Positions 60,651-64,000 of a stretch of 64,000 nucleotides of DNA are shown here, piece by piece (position 1 is the first letter of the stretch; each line of letters begins with the position of its first letter). The DNA lies in assembly GCA_963724825.1 (NCBI GenBank), contig CAVRWT010000006.1, positions 66,295-130,294 of the forward strand, in the 5' to 3' direction. The notes under the pieces were generated by a model. It was given only the letters and a program-made list of their open reading frames with translations. It did not search any database and had not been told where the DNA came from. A program made the translations under genes and the position numbers. The stretch comes from an uncultured Acidobacteriota bacterium. GTDB lineage: Bacteria > Actinomycetota > Acidimicrobiia > Spongiisociales > ZC4RG35.

Positions 60651-60661
60651 GAGCGCTTTCC
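60648..60661. promoter_or_regulatory. LacI-type operator half-degenerate copy (TGAGAGCGCTTTCC)
   Basis: Matches the perfect palindrome at 60734-60747 at 12 of 14 positions. Confidence 0.4.
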
Positions 60662-60703
60662 ATCATCCGCTCGTAACATTTCCGCAATTCCCCCGCGTTT
60701 TGG

Positions 60704-60733
60704 TTGACACGGCGAGGAAATTGTTTGTATGTT
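60704..60733 (+). promoter_or_regulatory. Candidate promoter of the lacI-family gene (TTGACA - 18 nt - TATGTT)
   Basis: Read directly. The -10 element ends 1 nt before the palindromic operator. Confidence 0.45.
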
Positions 60734-60747
60734 TGAGAGCGCTCTCA
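60734..60747. promoter_or_regulatory. Perfect 14-bp LacI-family operator palindrome TGAGAGCGCTCTCA
   Basis: It is self-complementary and fits the LacI/CcpA-type pattern TGnnAnCGnTnnCA. It lies between the putative -10 element and the SD (AGGAGGAG) of the LacI gene. Confidence 0.6.
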
Positions 60748-60764
60748 GAGGAGGAGCCCTCGGC

Positions 60765-61772
60765 ATGGCACGGACGCTTGATGACTTGGCCGAACTCAGC
60801 GGAGTTTCTCGTGCCACCGTCTCCCGGGTCATCAACGGTGGTTCGGTATCGCCCGAGACGCGACAGAAGGTCCTCGATGTCCTCGAGACCACCAGCTACC
60901 GGCCGAACCTCGCTGCGCGCAACCTCGCCAGCGGCAAGTCCGGCGTCGTCGGCGTCGTGATGCATGTCGCCGCACAGCTGACCTTTTCGGACAACTACTT
61001 CGCCGGCCTGCTGACGGGCATCTGCGACTCGCTGACCGAGTCGGCGGCGGGAATGATGCTCTGGCTTGGCAATCGGACCAAGGAAGAGACTCTCGACCAG
61101 ATCCTGTCCATGGGGATGCTCGACGGGATCATTGTCACCGCCGACACCATCGATGACCCCTTGGTCGACGGCCTACGCAGCTCAGGCGTGCCCAGCGTCC
61201 TCATCGGCCACCGACGCGCCGACAACGATGCCAGCTACATCGACATCGACAACGAAGCGGCCGCCGAGGCCATCGCCGACCACTTGATCGGGCTGGGACG
61301 GAAACGAATCGCCCATATCACCGGCCGCCGTGACAGTGTCTCCAGTCGGGATCGCAAGACCGGCTATCGGCGAGCGCTCCGTCGGGCCAATCTCCCCACC
61401 GAAGGCCTGATCATCGAGGGCGACTACACCGCCGAAGGTGGTTACAAGGCGGCCACCAAGCTGATCGAGGCCAAGGTCGATGCCATTTTCTGCGCCAGTG
61501 ACAACACGGCGGTTGGGGCGCTCGATGCGATTCGAAACGCCGGTTTGAGAGTCCCCGACGACATCGCACTCGCCGGGTTCGACGACCTTGCGTTCGCCAG
61601 CGAGCTCTCCCCGCCACTCACGACGATGCGCCAGGACATCCAGGGGATAGGCCAGGAGGCTGCTCGCAACCTCCTGACCCTCCTGGACCGCCCCGAGGGC
61701 GGGCCACGGCGAGTACTTCTTCCAACCGAGTTGGTGATAAGGCAATCAACGGTTGGAGGTCTATCGGGATAG
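60765..61772 (+). CDS. LacI family transcriptional regulator
   Basis: ORF 60729-61772 from MARTLDDLAELSGVSRATVSRVINGG (HTH), followed by a periplasmic-binding-protein-like sugar-binding domain. Confidence 0.9.
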   Translation: MARTLDDLAELSGVSRATVSRVINGGSVSPETRQKVLDVLETTSYRPNLAARNLASGKSGVVGVVMHVAAQLTFSDNYFAGLLTGICDSLTESAAGMMLWLGNRTKEETLDQILSMGMLDGIIVTADTIDDPLVDGLRSSGVPSVLIGHRRADNDASYIDIDNEAAAEAIADHLIGLGRKRIAHITGRRDSVSSRDRKTGYRRALRRANLPTEGLIIEGDYTAEGGYKAATKLIEAKVDAIFCASDNTAVGALDAIRNAGLRVPDDIALAGFDDLAFASELSPPLTTMRQDIQGIGQEAARNLLTLLDRPEGGPRRVLLPTELVIRQSTVGGLSG

Positions 61773-61869
61773 CCCGAAGTGACACGGTCGCGCCCGTCCC
61801 CGGAGTGCGGCCGCATCGATCGTATCGATCGGTGACATGTCCGGGGGCGAAGGAGGAGAACGGAAAGAG

Positions 61870-63331
61870 ATGAAGCAAGCAAAGAGTATCGCCCTCGTGG
61901 TGGTCCTCCTCTTGATCCTCGCCGCTTGTGGAGAGAGCAGTGGTGGCTCCACCACGACGGCGGCGGCTGGAGAAGGTTCCACGACGACGGCAGCTGCGAC
62001 GGACACAACCGCAGCGCCGGCAGGCGAGCCCGTCACGATCCGATGGTTCATCGGGTTGGGCACCGGTGCCAACCCCGAGCAGAAGGAAGCTCAGGAGGCA
62101 GCAGTCGCCGATTTCAACGCCTCGCACCCCAACATCGTGTTGGAGATCGAGATCGTGGATCACGACGCCGCCCCGGCGGCTCTGGCCACCGAGATCTCGT
62201 CAGGCAACGCCCCCGACATCATCGGCCCTGTGGGTCGTGAAGGTGCCAACGGCTTTGCCGGTCAATATCTCGACCTGGAGCCCTTGGTGGAGTCCAGCGG
62301 GTTCGACATGTCGATCTGGCCAGAGGCCACCGTCGAGAACATGCGCGACCAGGATGGGACCCTTGCCGGGCTTCCGTTCGCCTCGTACCCGTCGGAGATG
62401 TACTTCAGCAAGGCACTGTTCGACGAGGCCGGCCTGCCCTATCCGCCCCAGGAATATGGCGCCGACGGCACCGCCGTCTACGGCCCTGGAACGGAGTGGG
62501 AAGGGACCTGGGACTTCGACAAGGTCGCTGAGATCGCCAAGATCCTGACCGTCGACGAGAACGGCAACGATGCCACCAGCCCCGACTTCGACATCAGCAA
62601 GCGGACCCAGTACGGATTCGTCTGGCAGTGGACCGACCGTCTCTTCCAGCAGGGATCCTTCTGGGGAGCCGGCTACCCGGTGGCCGATGACGGCACTGCA
62701 GCCATTCCGCAGGAGTGGTTGGATGAGTGGCACTGGTACTACGACGCCGTCTGGACGTCAGGGTTCGCGCCAGCTCAGGCAGACATCGATGCTATGGCCG
62801 GCAACGCATTCCAGTCTGGAAAGACTGCAATGGGTATCAGCCATCTCTGGTTCACCTGCTGCATCCGCAACGATGACACCGGCATCGCCGGCGACTTCTA
62901 CGATCTCGCCGTGCTGCCGTCGCACAACGGCAAGGTGACAGCGAATATGCACGCTGACACTTTCCGGGTTCTGTCGTCGACGGAGCATCCTGAGGAGGCC
63001 TTCGAGGTCATCGCCTACCTGGTCACCGACGGGGCCCTCCCGTTGTTGACCACCTACGGTGCGGCACCTGCCGACCCGGCAAAGGTGGACGACTTCCTGG
63101 CGACCCTCGATGAGAGGTACCCACAGGGTGTGAACTGGCAGGTGGCACTGGACGGTGCCAACTACGCCGACACGCCGCCACACGAGAGCTATCGTTCCCG
63201 GATGGCAGCAGTACGTCGACCGGATGGGTGTCACTCTGACCGCCATCTTGAGTGACCCGGCGCTCGATTTGGACGCCGAGATCGCCACGTTGGAGTCAGA
63301 TCTGACGACTATCTTCCAGACAAACCAATAG
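61870..63331 (+). CDS. Carbohydrate (CUT1-type) ABC transporter substrate-binding lipoprotein; 1-nt insertion at about 63193
   Basis: ORF 61837-63255 from MKQAKSIALVVVLLLILAACGE. After PHESY the frame fails, and the +1 frame gives VPGWQQYVDRMGVTLTAILSDPALDLDAEIATLESDLTTIFQTNQ, with the stop at 63329-63331. Length is 1462 nt (3n+1). Confidence 0.8.
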
Positions 63332-63346
63332 TCAGTTGTTGGTGAT

Positions 63347-64000
63347 TTGACAACGATCAGCGATGGGGCGGCCGGTCTTCCGGCCGCCCCATCAACACCC
63401 CCCAAGGCCAAGAAATCGGTTTCCCTCGCCAAACGGCGAGGTCGTGTCGGACTTTGGTTCGTCATGCCATGGATCGTGGGGTTCTTTCTCTGGTACGCGG
63501 TACCAATCGTCACCTCCCTCTGGTTCTCGTTCACCGACTTCCAGCTGGTCACCAATGAGCCGACCCAGTTCGTGGGGTTCGACAACTGGGTGCGGATGTT
63601 CAACGACCCTGAGGTGCGCCAGTCGGTGCTGGTGACCCTCAAGTTCGGCCTCATTGCCCTTCCCCTCGCCATCCTCTTCCCGGTGACCCTCGCCTATCTC
63701 CTGGTCACCAGGAGCCTGCGGGGCCGGGAAGGCTTCCGGGCCCTCTTCTTCCTGCCGTCGATCATCCCGTTCGTGGCGGCGGTTCTCATCTTTGGCGGGA
63801 TGTTCAATCCCAAGACCGGATGGGTGAATCGCATACTTGCCGTCTTCGGGATCACCGGCCCCGACTGGTTCTACGACACGACGTGGGTCTACCCATCACT
63901 GGCCTTCATCGGCCTGTGGGGCGTCGGCAATGCGATGCTCCTATTCATCGCCTCGATGAACTCCGTTTCGGCGTCGCTGTACGACGCGGCCCGGATCGAC
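63347..64000 (+). CDS. Carbohydrate ABC transporter permease (MalF/UgpA-like), 5' part; runs off the window end; start uncertain
   Basis: My phase-2 translation: ...KKSVSLAKRRGRVGLWFVMPWIVGFFLWYAVPIVTSLWFSFTDFQLV...FFLPSIIPFVAAVLIFGGMF...LYDAARID. The only in-phase start is TTG 63347. ATG 63363 would need one extra C in the C6 run at 63398-63403. Confidence 0.7.
   Translation, partial: MTTISDGAAGLPAAPSTPPKAKKSVSLAKRRGRVGLWFVMPWIVGFFLWYAVPIVTSLWFSFTDFQLVTNEPTQFVGFDNWVRMFNDPEVRQSVLVTLKFGLIALPLAILFPVTLAYLLVTRSLRGREGFRALFFLPSIIPFVAAVLIFGGMFNPKTGWVNRILAVFGITGPDWFYDTTWVYPSLAFIGLWGVGNAMLLFIASMNSVSASLYDAARID
63365..63390 (+). terminator. Perfect 11-bp GC hairpin just after the SBP gene
   Basis: GGGGCGGCCGG-tctt-CCGGCCGCCCC, read directly. 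Confidence 0.45.

Noticed and set aside
1-64000. Mobile elements, prophage, CRISPR-Cas, restriction-modification or other recognisable defence systems
   Set aside because: No transposase, integrase, recombinase, Cas, methyltransferase/endonuclease or phage structural motifs appear in any of the six-frame translations. I found no terminal inverted repeats or spacer-repeat arrays.

Overview
High-GC, gene-dense chromosomal segment with actinobacterial-style features: lipoproteins with Thr/Ala-rich linkers, an F420-type LLM oxidoreductase, and frequent ATGA/TGATG/GTGA/TTGA start-stop overlaps. I could not support any rRNA, tRNA, CRISPR array, transposase, integrase or phage gene. Gene order: (1) the truncated 5' part of a peptide-ABC permease; (2) an UnbU-like membrane protein, a Gfo/Idh/MocA oxidoreductase, and a convergent CRTAC1/UnbV-like FG-GAP protein plus an M24 protein; (3) a xylose block (xylF, xylH, ATPase, SDR, convergent xylA); (4) a cupin-metY-CoA-binding operon; (5) gluconolactonase and an LLM oxidoreductase; (6) a complete dpp/opp-type peptide ABC operon; (7) a mutarotase / secreted alpha-beta hydrolase / ferritin operon; (8) a 10-gene kdp locus with an unusual regulatory layout: a REC-fused KdpD-type kinase, a stand-alone REC, two small membrane peptides, kdpABC, a separate KdpD sensor-half protein, and kdpE; (9) an APC permease and a DrrAB-like exporter; (10) a lower-GC island with two overlapping small ORFs; (11) a ~14 kb uncharacterised catabolic island (XRE-cupin regulator, SDR, bicupin, two amidohydrolases, a CUT2-type ABC importer, lhgO, a DddP/creatinase-like M24 protein, orphan E1 alpha/beta) whose promoters share an 18-nt motif; (12) Usp and an aldo-keto reductase; (13) a glycan-use cluster (two glycoside-hydrolase-like genes, an AroK-like kinase, LacI with palindromic operators, and a sugar ABC importer that runs off the window end). 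At least 17 otherwise well-conserved genes are broken by single-nucleotide indels, so gene boundaries and the one apparent permease-amidohydrolase fusion need care. All function calls come from reading the supplied translations and from motif memory; no database search was run.
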